DNA of 59,727 nucleotides from Macrostomum lignano (GCA_002269645.1 NIVC01002303.1:1-59727), one strand, 5' to 3'; counted from the first letter of the stretch, positions 39,483-51,441 are shown. The notes: generated by a model not told the origin, from the sequence alone. Program-made: numbers and translations.

Positions 39483-40465
39483 GGGTCCACCCCAACTGCC
39501 AGCCGGAAAACTGCCAGCCGACAACTGCCAGCCGACAACTGCCAGTCGACAACTGCCAGCCGACAACTGCCAGCCGACAACTGCCAGCCGACAACTGCCA
39601 GTCGACAACTGCCAGCCGACAACTGCCAGCCGACAACTGCCAGTCGACAACTGCCAGCCGACAACTGCCAGCCGACAATTGCCAGTCGACAATTGCCAGC
39701 CGACAAGTTCTAGCTAATTGAATATACTGTAGCCTACTTATTAGCTAAGTAAAAAGCACGAAACTGTTTGGCTAGCAAAAGGCTTGTGGGGTAGCCTTAA
39801 ATGTCGCCCTTCCCTACCCTAATTTTTTCAGATTTCCATTAGAAGTATATGTGAAGGAGAAAGCATTCTGTAATGCCTATTGTAAATATTTCTGTATTGA
39901 AAGTTTATTTACTTTATTATTTAATTTGCGATTGCGATTGCTATATGACGCAATCCTAGATAAGTCTATTAAATTACTTTACTTAAATAAAGCTTTCAAA
40001 GAAAGAGCAAAGGCAACCTAAAAATATACGAAATTTGAATGCTTTCTCCTTCACATATATATACTTCCAATGGAAATCTGAAAAAATTAGGGACGAAGGG
40101 AAGGGCGACATTTAAGGCTACCCCACAAGCCTTTTGCTAGCCAAACAGTTTCGTGCTTTTTACTTAGCTAATAAGTAGGCTACAGTAGATTCAATTAGCT
40201 AGAACTTGTCGGCTGGCAGTTGTCGGCTGGCAGATTTCTCGGCTGGCAGATTTCTCGGCTGGCAATTGTCGATTGGCAATTGTCGACTGGCAGTTGTCGG
40301 CTGGCAGTTTTCCGGCTGGCAGTTTTCTCAGCTGGCAATTGTCGGCTGGCAATTGTCGGCTGGCAGTTGTCGGCTGGCAGTTGTCGACTGGCAATTGTCG
40401 GCTGGCAGTTTTCCGGCTGGCAATTGTCGGCTGGCAGTTTTCCGGCTGGCAGTTGGGGTGCTCCC
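39483..40465. mobile_element. Foldback / Mutator-like non-autonomous element with ~390-430-bp internally repetitive TIRs and a 9-bp TSD
   Basis: GGACGGGAC occurs directly at 39474-39482 and 40466-40474. Termini GGGTCCACCCC...GGGGTGCTCCC. Arms 39483-~39868 and ~40037-40465 are reverse complements, each with a 14-bp subrepeat (ACAACTGCCAGCCG). AT-rich spacer, no transposase. Confidence 0.85.
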
Positions 40466-40747
40466 GGACGGGACACTTCGTTTCTTGGAAAATTTATTAA
40501 AGGCTGATTTTCACGGAAAAATGCACTAGCGAGATAGGAACTTTTCACTTTTTTCACTTTAAAATGGTGATAGCTTTTTATTGGAAGCAGATACAAAGCT
40601 CTTCTTTTGATATAACTTACAAAACATGTTGCTTCAACGGATTTTATAAAGATTTTTTACAATTAATTGATCTTCATATTATTTTATTTTAGTTACTAGC
40701 TATATCATGCAGCAATTATAGTTTAAAGCTAACTAGTGACTAACTTG

Positions 40748-41000
40748 AATTTTACAATATCTTTTTAGTCGAATGTATCTATTTATTAGCAATATATCAT
40801 TATAAAAACAGTTGGCTATAATTATATGCCGAATTCACTGCTTATTCATTTTAGTTTTATACTTTTCATATAAAATAAGTATTTAATTATGTAGCTATAC
40901 CTTAGCTATACTAGCTATGCATTTAATTATAGCCAACTGTTTTTATAATGATATATTGCTAATAAATAGATACATTCGACTAAAAAGATATTGTAAAATT
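40748..41000. repeat. Perfect 77-bp inverted repeat with a ~100-bp AT-rich spacer
   Basis: 40748-40824 is the exact reverse complement of 40924-41000. Confidence 0.9.
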
Positions 41001-42360
41001 GTCGCTTCTTCTTTTTCAGGTGGGGTGGGTGTGGTGATCCAGCGTAGCTAGCATAGGCTGCTCCTGGGATCCCCTCTTAGTCAGTTAGTGCTTGGGCTGC
41101 AGCAGTGGGAGCTGGGCATAGGGCTGTCCCTTCCTCCCCTTCCCTTGTGCAGGCTCAGGTGTGCAGCTGTCGCGGGACAGGGAGAGAAACTCTCTCCCCC
41201 TCTCCCCCTGGCGCAGTCTGCAATGGGCTAAAAATAGAAACATTAGTCAGTGGGATATTTCTCCTTTAGTACAGGCTTATTTAGTCAGCGGGAGTGAGAG
41301 CATAGCTCTCCGCCCGGGGTAGGATTTCGTGGGGTCTTGGTTGCACTCCTTGCATGCGGCAACATGCAAGCAGTGTACCAGCAGGCCATGCGGAGGCTGC
41401 ATGATGAGGCAGATGTCTTATGGACATCTCCAAGATCGCTCCTGGCTCCGGGTAGTCCACGGAACTGCCATGGGATCTGCCACGGAACTGCCTCTGAGCT
41501 TCCCATTGGCCCTGAGACCCCCGAATTTTAGTATAAATACAGAGTAGGTGAAGGCCCAAAGAGACCATCTTTTCGGAGACCGCCTGCTTGGCTTCGAGCA
41601 AAGGCTAGTATTCCTAGATGCTTTTCCTAGACGAACTAGCTTAGGCAGATCGCTAGACGCTTTTCCTAGGGATAACCTGCTAACAAATCTTTGTTGCAGC
41701 TGCCATTTGCTCATTAAGATTGCCGCAGGTCTTTGTGTCAGCAGCTCGCCAGACCTTCAACACCGTCTGGACCTGGTCTCGTGGCCTACAACCTACACTG
41801 TTGGGCAACATCAACTGACGCACAGTACAGCTTAGGGCGTTTACTGCGACACCAGTTGAGCTACTAAACGATATTTTAGGATCGGCCTGTGACCGTTACT
41901 CACATTAATAAACGTTTAACTGACTTGTTTGTCTTATTTATTTTCTACTTATCAGTAGGCCTACCTAGGGGTAACCTGTCGAGGATATCACCTGTAGACC
42001 TACAAGGTGGCAGCAACCCAACTACCAATACTCGGTTATTATCTAACTGTACTCAGTGGAGACTAAGAGGGGTTAATTCGGACCATAGTGCTAGACCACT
42101 CAGGCCAGCTACCGGCCGTGCTAGATAGCGAGGACAGACAGAGGAAGTAGTAGGCAACAGCAGTAATCACCAAAGAGACGGGGATCCACAAGGCCATTAC
42201 ATTGGTTACATTGGTGGGATTCGGCACCAGCATTACATTGGTGGCAGCGGAGAGCAGTAGGCACAGCCATCACTCTGGTGGCAGCGGTGGGATAACAAGA
42301 CCTACCCGACCACCCAGGGAAATCCTTGTTCTATCTCGGGCGAAAGCCACGGCATAACAG
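41000..42360. mobile_element. Possible LTR-like / retroelement-derived insertion
   Basis: Non-coding, unrelated to the other spacers. Starts TGTCGC, with GCGACA near 41850, a TATAAATA at ~41532 and AATAAA at ~41907. No TSD or second LTR found. Confidence 0.3.
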
Positions 42361-42473
42361 AAGCCACTAAACATACGGGCCAATTGGTTAAAGTGTCATA
42401 TTTAAAAAATTCATTTTGTTAATTATGACCGAAATTAAAGTTAATTTTTTGTAAAACTATCATAACATGTCAG

Positions 42474-45400
42474 CAACAGAACATCGGCGCTGCTCTGAAG
42501 GCATTTGTTGACGGCTACCTCAGCGGCAGCAACAAGGCGCTGATGCTGGGCGCCAGCTTCTCGCAGCAGTCTCAGGTCATTGCTGAGCTGGCCCGCTACT
42601 ACTGTGTGACTCAGGTGAGAGCCTGTGGCTAAACTGTGACTCAGGTGAGAGACTGTGGCTAAGCTGTGTGACTCAGGTGAGAGACTGTGACTAAGCTGTG
42701 TGACTCAGGTGAGAGACTGTGACTAAACTGTGTGACTCAGGTGAGAGACTGTGGCTAAGCTGTGTGACTCAGGTGAGAGACTGTGACTAAACTGTGTGAC
42801 TCAGGTGAGAGACTGTGACTAAACTGTGTGACTCAGGAGAGAGATTGTGGCTAAACTGTGTGACTCAGGAGAGAGACTGTGACTAAACTGTGTGACTCAG
42901 GTGAGAGACTGTGGCTAAACTGTGTGACTCAGGAGAGAGATTGTGGCTAAACTGTGTGACTCAGGAGAGAGACTGTGACTAAACTGTGTGACTCAGGTGA
43001 GAGACTGAGGCTAGACTGTGTGACTCAGGTGAGAGACTGAGGCTAAACTGTGTGACTCAGGTGAGAGACTGAGGCTAAACTGTGTGACTCAGGAGAGAGA
43101 CTGTGACTAAACTGTGTGACTCAGGTGAGAGACTGTGACTAAACTGTGTGACTCAGGTGAGAGACTGTGGCTAAACTGTGTGACTCAGGTGAGAGACTGT
43201 GGCTAAACTGTGTGACTCAGGTGAGAGACTGTGGCTAAACTGTGTGACTCAGGTGAGAGACTGTGAATAAACTGTGTGACTCAGGTGAGAGACTGTGGCT
43301 AAACTGTGTGACTCAGGTGAGAGACTGTGGCTACTGTGTGACTCAGGTGAGAGACTGTGGCTAAACTGTGTGACTCAGGTGAGAGACTGTGGCTAAACTG
43401 TGTGACTCAGGTGAGAGACTGTGGCTAAACTGTGTGACTCAGGTGAGAGACTGAGGCTAAACTGTGTGACTGAGGTGAGAGACTGTGACTAAACTGTGTG
43501 ACTCAGGTGAGAGACTGTGGCTAAACTGTGTGACTCAGGAGAGAGACTGTGGCTAAGCTGTGTGACTCAGGTGAGAGACTGTGGCTAAGCTGTGTGACTC
43601 AGGTGAGAGACTGTGGCTAAGCTGTGTGACTCAGGTGAGAGACTGTGGCTAAACTGTGTGACTCAGGTGAGAGACTGCGGCTGATGAATATCTAATTTTT
43701 GTGGAAATCTATTACTCACACTCCAGATTGGCTTGAACCCCTCACCGGATCTAAGCGACAGGACCAGGTATCCGTACTACTTCCGCATGGCAACTACTCT
43801 CGGCATCAGCGTAGCGCCAGTAGTCGCCATGACAAGAGAATTCGGGTGGAAGACGATAGGTCTGATAGTGCAAGATTACGCCGCCTTTTTGTCAGTGAGT
43901 TGCTCATTACTCCACTATTAGTAGGCAAGTCTGCATGCTCAACACTATTTTTACTCGGCCTATGTCTGAACCTGCAGGTAACCTGCAGGCACAATGTCAC
44001 CGTGACAAAAGCGGGCTATACTACCGACCCCACCGTTGCCCTGTCTAGCTTGCTGGTGAGATGAAATCTGCTATAAATTTATTGTCAGTTTGTGTATTAA
44101 TAACCGTAATTGGTTTGCAAACATATATTGTCACTTTTAGAAGAAAGATCTTCGAATTTTCGTTGCCATTCGGGCGATGTTAGTGGAGGACTCCAAAAAA
44201 AGACTGGACTGCGTGGTGAGAGTTCCTTCTCGGATAAGGGGTTTACCAGCTCGAAATTTTACAACTCGAAGTTTCACCAGCTCAAAGCCTTTTTGTCAAC
44301 TGTTTGAGCATTCTTCTCATGCAGATTAAACAGCTGGGTGCCTACGGGCCCAAGTACCAGTGGATTCAGATTGGGTTGCCCGCTACAACTCGACTGGATC
44401 TGCCGAATTCCGGTTGTCAAGATTCCGACCGACTCGTTGCTATGGAGGGCTCCATGGAGACGGACAACGATATTGACGATCCAACTGCCGAGCACGAGAT
44501 TGGGATCACAGGACAGGTGGGTAAAATTTCCCTACACTGTTGCTTACATGAGAATACTTTGTAGATTTGTTCTGGTGTGACAACTGGCACTGAGCCATGC
44601 AGTGTTATCACAGCTGGCACCCAGTGTTATCACAGCTGGCACCCAGTGTTATCACAGCTGGCACCCAGTGTTATCACAGCTGGCACCCAGTGTTATCACA
44701 GCTGGCACCCAGTGTTATCACAGCTGGCACCCAGTGTTATCACAGCTGGCCCCAGTGTTATCACAGCTGGCACCCAGTGTTATCACAGCTGGCACCCAGT
44801 GTTATCACAGCTGGCACCCAGTGTTATCACAGCTGGCACCCAGTGTTATCACAGCTGGCACCCAGTGTTATCACAGCTGGCACCCAGTGTTATCATAGCT
44901 GGCCCCCAGTGTCATCACAGCTGGCACCCAGTGTTATCATAGCTGGCCCCCAGTGTCATCACAGCTGACACCCAGAGGCCAACAAAAAGCACAAAATCCA
45001 ATGACCCTCCCGCAGACAAGAGAAGAATTATTCGAGGATTTTATGCGACTGCACGGCAAGGAGACGGTGGACCCAGAGCAAACTGGCACTGTTGGATTCG
45101 ATCTGCGGTTCGATGCAATTTCTGCAGTTGCCATGGCGATCAACAGCACCCTGGCAGTTGAGAACTACGCCTCCGATCCTATTGACTTGAACTGCAGCGA
45201 CTTCAAGGACCAAGTCTTCAACAGTGTGCGGAGTCTCGACTTCAATGGTCTGTCGGTAAGCGGAACCGTTTCCATTGCTCGGAGCGAATCAACCCAGACA
45301 ACCCAGACAACCCAGACAACCCAGGCAACCCAGGCAACCCAGACAACCCAGACAAACCAGACAACCCAGACAACCCAGACAACCCAGGCAACGCAGACAA

Positions 45401-48400
45401 CCCAGGAAACCCAGACAGCCCAGGCAACCCAGACAACCCAGGCAACCCAGACAACCCAGACAACCCAGGCAACCCAGAGCCTACAAGCGAGCCTCGCATA
45501 GGGTTCACTTGTAGTGCAATTCACGCAAATTCTCATCAACCCTCAAGACACAGAGTGTACATAACCTACGATGAGATTCAGGGCCACTGTACACCCTGCG
45601 TGAGTGCTCAGGGTTCAGCGGAATGGGAATGGCTGTCTCACAGGCTCCCAACAGTAATTAATCCTCAATCAAGAAAGGAACTCAAAACTATTTCAGGGAC
45701 CTGTAAAGTTCAACAGCAAAGGAGAACGGGCGGCCAAAGTCCTCTTCTATCAGATTAGAGGTAAGATGCTATTCCAAAGGCATAAAATCAAAGTTTTGTC
45801 TAATGCAATTAAAACTGGTTAAGTGGAGCATCTTTTCTCTTCTCCAGCTTTGAAGAGAGATTTAGTTGCTACGTACGACCCGCTGACAGGGGACACTCGA
45901 TGGATCAAATCACCGTGGTTTGCAGGTAGGCGACTCGACTGCTTGAGATCTTAGCTCACTTCATAGACCAGTCTCCCGAGCCCCTATCAGCCCAGTCTCC
46001 CGAGCCCCCCATCAGCTCAGTCTCCCGAGCCCATCAGCCCAGTCTCCCGAGCCCCCCATCAGCCCAGTCTCCCGAGCCCTATCAGCCCAGTCTCCCGAGC
46101 CCTATCAGCCCAGTCTCCCGAGCCCCCTATCAGCCCAGTCTCTCGAGCCCTATCAGCCCAGTCTCCCGAGCCCTATCAGCCCAGTCTCCCGAGCCCCATC
46201 AGCGCATCTCCCATCCCGTTCCGCAGGCGGCTCAGCTCCAGTCGACTCTCCCAGAATCCTCTCAAAGCTCGTCCACGCCAGCCTCGTCAGCGCCGTGGTC
46301 TCTGGCGGCCTGTCTGCCTGCGGCGCCTGCCTCTCCCTGGCCGCCATGGCGGTGAACCTGTGGTTCCGCAAGGTGCCCTACATCCGGCTCAGCAGCCCCA
46401 TCGTGAACACCATCATCGGACTGGGCTGCCTCCTGTGCCACGCGTCCTGCCTCATCATGACCTTCAACGCGTACATGGGAAGCCAGCTCGGATTGTGCTG
46501 GTCCCAGCTGCTCTGCCTCATCACTGGCTACTCGTGCGCCTTCGGTGGAATTCTGGCCAAGACGTGGCGAGTCCACAGAATCTTCACCAACAAGATGAGG
46601 CTGACTGTGAGTCCATCTGCACTGCAGTGCTCGTGTATCGTCAGTCCCCTGAATGACCTTGAGCCAGCCTGGTCACGCATTACCGGATTTCAGACCATCA
46701 AGGACTGGCACCTCTGCATGGTGATTGCCGCTATTCTGCTGATGGATGCTGGACTGCTGCTGGCTCTCGGACTCCTGGATTCACCAGCCTTGGCTGTCAA
46801 GAGACTGTCTGAGCAGGTAACAGGGTGTGCAGTGATTCTGTAATCTGCATTCACAAGAGACTGTCTGAGCAGGTAACAGGTTGTGCAGTGATTCTGTACT
46901 CTGCATTCACAAGAGACTGTCTGAGCAGGTAACAGGGTGTGCAGTGTGATTCTGTACTGTGCATTCACAAGAGACTGTCTGAGCAGGTAACAGGGTGTGC
47001 AGTGTGATTCTGTACTCTGCATTCACAAGAGACTGTCTGAGCAGGTAACAGGGTGTGCAGTGTGATTCTGTACTCTGCATTCACAAGAGACTGTCTGAGC
47101 AGGTGACAGGGTGTGCAGTGATTCTGTACTCTGCATTCACAAGAGACTGTCTGAGCAGGTAACAGGGTGTGCAGTGTGATTCTGTACTCTGCATTCACAA
47201 GAGACTGTCTGAGCGGTAACAGGGTGTGCAGTGATTCTGTACTCTGCATTCACAAGAGACTGTCTGAGCAGGTAACAGGGTGTGCAGTGATTCTGTCCTC
47301 TGCATTCACAAGAGACTGTCTGAGCAGGTGACAGGGTGTGCAGTGTGATTCTGTACTCTGCACTCACAAGAGACTGTCTGAGCAGGTAACAGGGTGTGCA
47401 GTGTGATTCTGTACTGTGCATTCACAAGAGACTGTCTGAGCAGGTGACAGGGTGTGCAGTGTGATTCTGTACTCTGCATTCACAAGAGACTGTCTGAGCA
47501 GGGAACAGGGTGTGCAGTGTGATTCTGTACTCTGCATTCACAAGAGACTGTCTGAGCAGGTAACAGGGTGTGCAGTGATTCTGTACTCTGCATTCACAAG
47601 AGACTGTCTGAGCAGGTAACAGGGTGTGCAGTGATTCTGTACTCTACATTCACAAGAGACTGTCTGAGCAGGTAACAGGGTGTGCAGTGATTCTGTACTC
47701 TGCATTCACAAGAGACTGTCTGAGCAGGTAACAGGGTGTGCAGTGATTCTGTACTCTGCACTCACAAGAGACTGTCTGAGCAGGTAACAGGGTGTGCAGT
47801 GATTCTGTACTCTGCATTCACAAGAGACTGTCTGAGCAGGTGACAGTTTGTGCAGTGTGATTTCTGACATTGCACTGACATTCCACTGACATGCAGTGCC
47901 ATGCCAATGCAGGACATGATCTCTGACGGAGCTGTGGTTCTGCACAAGCTGGTCGTGTGTCAGTCCAGCAGCGAGGTGCTGTGGAAGGGCCTCATCATCG
48001 GCATGAAGGCGGTGTTCCTTCTGTTCGGAATCTTCTTTGCCTGGGAGACTCGCACAATTCACGTGGAAGCGCTGAACGACTCGAAGGTGATCGGAATCTG
48101 CGTGTACAACACCACCGTGATGGGGCTGATCGGCGTGGTGCTGGAGTTTGCGCTGCCCATCGGCTCGGTGGACCTGCGACTCGTGCTGCTGACCTGCTGC
48201 ATCAACATCTGCTCAGCCACCACCGTGCTGCTGGTGTTTGGCGGGAAGGTCGGTGGTCAGGGTGTGGGGTGTGGGTTAGGGTGTGGGTTGGGATGTGTGC
48301 TGGAGTGTGGGCTTGAGTGTGGGCTGAGGTGTGGGCTGGAGTGTTGGTTGGGGTGTGGGCTAAGGTGTGGACTGGAGTGTGGGCTGAGGTGTGGGCTGGA

Positions 48401-49082
48401 GTGTTGGCTTGGGTGTGGGGTATGGAATGTGGGCTAAGGTGTGGGCTTGAGTGTGGGCTGGGGTGTGGGCTGGAGTGTGGGCTGGTGTGGGTTGAGGTGT
48501 GTGCTGGGGTGTGGGCAGCAGTGACGGCAGCAGTGACGGCAGTAGTGTAGGAGGGTGGTACGAAACCAGCGTCCACGTCGCGCCCCTGGACACCCCGCCA
48601 ATGTGGCAGGAGCTCCGTGCGATCCTGCCATCGACGGGGTGACGAATTGGTCTCACATCCGGGTATACAGTCTGGGGGAGCTGTCCCGCCGGGACCCGGG
48701 TCCCCTCGCTTTCTGGCCACTCTCTGCAGGCCGCAAATTGGACTCCACCGTCTACTGTCCGCCCGCACGGAGTCAGCGCTTTGGCTGCATGGTGCTAGAC
48801 ACCCGGTCCTATTGGCTAGCCAGAATGACCGCGACCCGAAGAAGAAGAAGAAGCAGTATGGGAAGCAGTATGGGAAGCAGTGTGGGAAGCAGTGTGGGAA
48901 GCAATGTGGGCAGTGCAGTGAGGGCAGCAGTGATGTCGCTTAGACTTCCTGAATTAGTTCCGCCCGCATCCTGACAGGTGTTGACCATCCTGAAGGACAG
49001 GAGCGTCAGGGTGGCGGACGCCAGTGCGGTCATGCAGTCGAGGCAACCAACTACTGGATATGAACATCGCAGCGGGGAATGA
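42474..49082 (+). CDS. Class C GPCR, GABA-B-receptor-like, copy D (divergent VFT; exons 2-13; exon 1 not found)
   Basis: Exons: 42474-42614, 43727-43894, 43978-44055, 44141-44215, 44325-44516, 45016-45255, 45697-45760, 45848-45925, 46227-46606, 46694-46816, 47913-48248, 48978-49082 (stop TGA). The frame stays open throughout. Intron positions and phases match B/C. Confidence 0.87.
42602..43680 (+). repeat. Exon 2-donor 30/32-bp minisatellite, copy D (~34 units)
   Basis: Same unit as in B and C. Confidence 0.95.
44595..44970 (+). repeat. 22-bp minisatellite (CACCCAGTGTTATCACAGCTGG), intron 6 of D
   Basis: Unrelated to the GATGTC repeat in the equivalent intron of A-C. Confidence 0.95.
45295..45478 (+). 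repeat. 9-bp repeat (ACAACCCAG), intron 7 of D
   Basis: Unrelated to the 18-bp repeat in intron 7 of A-C. Confidence 0.93.
46798..47855 (+). repeat. 56/58-bp exon 11-donor minisatellite, copy D (~18 units)
   Basis: Same unit as in A-C. Confidence 0.95.
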
Positions 49083-49711
49083 AGACTTCACGCTAATCTG
49101 CCGTACGGCCCCACTATTTGAATAGACTTTCGACGAAGTTAATAGAGAACTGTAGCCACTATGTCCGCACCGTGTCCTAACTTTACTATTTGAGATACAC
49201 GCTCTTATTATGTGGGTAAACTTGATAATTTATAACTCGCTTATCAGCACGTCTAATCATCGAGAATTGTTTCTCTAAGTAAAAATGATCAATACGAGTA
49301 AAATATATTTTACTGCAGCGTAAAAACAAACCATATTTATGCATTATTTGATTATATATTTGCTCATACAGCAATACAAAGTGGAAATGGATTAATGTAG
49401 TGCACGCATAAATCTGCATGACTATATTTTTGTTCGAATATGTTTTACTAATTAAGCAGATTTTTAATATTTACTGTAGTACACAGTTGGCCAGCCAGTG
49501 AGGTAATATTAGGCCGAGGCTACGTTGTCACACATTTAACGGTTGAATGTGCCCACACAGTTGACTCACAGGGGAAAAAGCGCCGGAGACGACATGGGTC
49601 GGAACTGCTCTGATTGGCTGCAGTCAATGCACCAGGGAAATTGTTTTTAAATCACACTTAATTGCGGAAAGTGGGTGAGAAAGATAAAGTGTGTGGCTGT
49701 GATAGTTAAGG

Positions 49712-51277
49712 GGAGACGAGAGGGACAGGGCGTGAGGTGGGTGCTTAAAGAAAGAAAGGAATAGGGTGGGTGTGATAAAATAGAGAAGAGAGACGAGAGG
49801 GACAGAGCGTGAGGTGGGTGCTTAAAGAAAGAAAGGAATAGGGTGGGTGTAATGAAATAGAGAAGAGAGACGAGAGGGACAGGGCGTGAGGTGGGTGCTT
49901 AAAGAAAGAAAGGAATAGGGTGGGTGTGATAAAATAGAGAAGAGAGACGAGAGGGACAGGGCGTGAGGTGGGTGCTTAAAGAAAGAAAGGAATAGGGTGG
50001 GTGTGATAAAATAGAGAAGAGAGACGAGAGGGACAGGGCGTGAGGTGGGTGCTTAAAGAAAGAAAGGAATAGGGTGGGTGTGATAAAATAGAGAAGAGAG
50101 ACGAGAGGGACAGGGCGTAAGGTGGGTGCTTAAAGAAAGAAAGGAATAGGGTGGGTGTGATAAAATAGAGAAGAGAGACGAGAGGGACAGAGCGTGAGGT
50201 GAGTGCTTAAATAAAGAAAGGAATAGAGTGGGTGTAATAAAATAGAGAAGAGAGACGAGAGGGACAGGGCGTGAGGTGGGTGCTTAAATAAAGAAAGGAA
50301 TAGGGTGGGTGTGATAAAATAGAGAAGAGAGACGAGAGGGACAGGGCATGAGGTGGGTGCTTAAAGAAAGAAAGGAATAGGGTGGGTGTGATAAAATAGA
50401 GAAGAGAGACGAGAGGGACAGGGCGTGAGGTGGGTGCTTAAAGAAAGAAAGGAATAGGGTGGGTGTGATAAAATAGAGAAGAGAGACGAGAGGGACAGAG
50501 CGTGAGGTGGGTGCTTAAATAAAGAAAGGAATAGAGTGGGTGTAATAAAATAGAGAAGAGAGTCGAGAGGGACAGGGCGTGAGGTGGGTGCTTAAAGAAA
50601 GAAAGGAATAGGGTGGGTGTGATAAAATAGAGAAGAGAGACGAGAGGGACAGGGCGTGAGGTGGGTGCTTAAAGAAAGAAAGGAATAGGGTGGGTGTGAT
50701 AAAATAGAGAAGAGAGACGAGAGGGACAGGGCGTGAGGTGGGTGCTTAAAGAAAGAAAGGAATAGGGTGGGTGTGATAAAATAGAGAAGAGAGACGAGAG
50801 GGACAGGGCGTAAGGTGGGTGCTTAAAGAAAGAAAGGAATAGGGTGGGTGTGATAAAATAGAGAAGAGAGACGAGAGGGACAGAGCGTGAGGTGAGTGCT
50901 TAAATAAAGAAAGGAATAGAGTGGGTGTAATAAAATAGAGAAGAGAGACGAGAGGGACAGGGCGTGAGGTGGGTGCTTAAATAAAGAAAGGAATAGGGTG
51001 GGTGTGATAAAATAGAGAAGAGAGACGAGAGGGACAGGGCATGAGGTGGGTGCTTAAAGAAAGAAAGGAATAGGGTGGGTGTGATAAAATAGAGAAGAGA
51101 GACGAGAGGGACAGGGCGTGAGGTGGGTGCTTAAAGAAAGAAAGGAATAGGGTGGGTGTGATAAAATAGAGAAGAGAGACGAGAGGGACAGAGCGTGAGG
51201 TGGGTGCTTAAATAAAGAAAGGAATAGAGTGGGTGTAATAAAATAGAGAAGAGAGTCGAGAGGGACAGGGCGTGAGG
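49712..51277 (+). repeat. 77-bp purine-rich minisatellite (~20 units) with a 693-bp (9-unit) higher-order duplication
   Basis: GTGCTTAAAG recurs at 49741 and 49818. Diagnostic variants recur 693 bp apart (CGTAAGG ~50116/50809; GAGTCGAG ~50561/51254). Confidence 0.95.
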
Positions 51278-51441
51278 TATTTTACTTTAGAAAGAATCTA
51301 CCCCTATTTACCATATTCTTTTCTCCCAATCTTCAAAATCTAGGATCCCAATCAGAGAGAGCAGGTCGACCAGATAGAAACATTTTCAAGCTCGCGGAGA
51401 ACACCCAGGAAGCGACATAGCTATCAAGTTTTCCCCGATGG

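Noticed and set aside
41281-42128. Short ORFs in the 41-42 kb block as copy D exon 1 or as genes
   Set aside because: No signal peptide or similarity to exon 1 of B/C, and no compatible splice phase.
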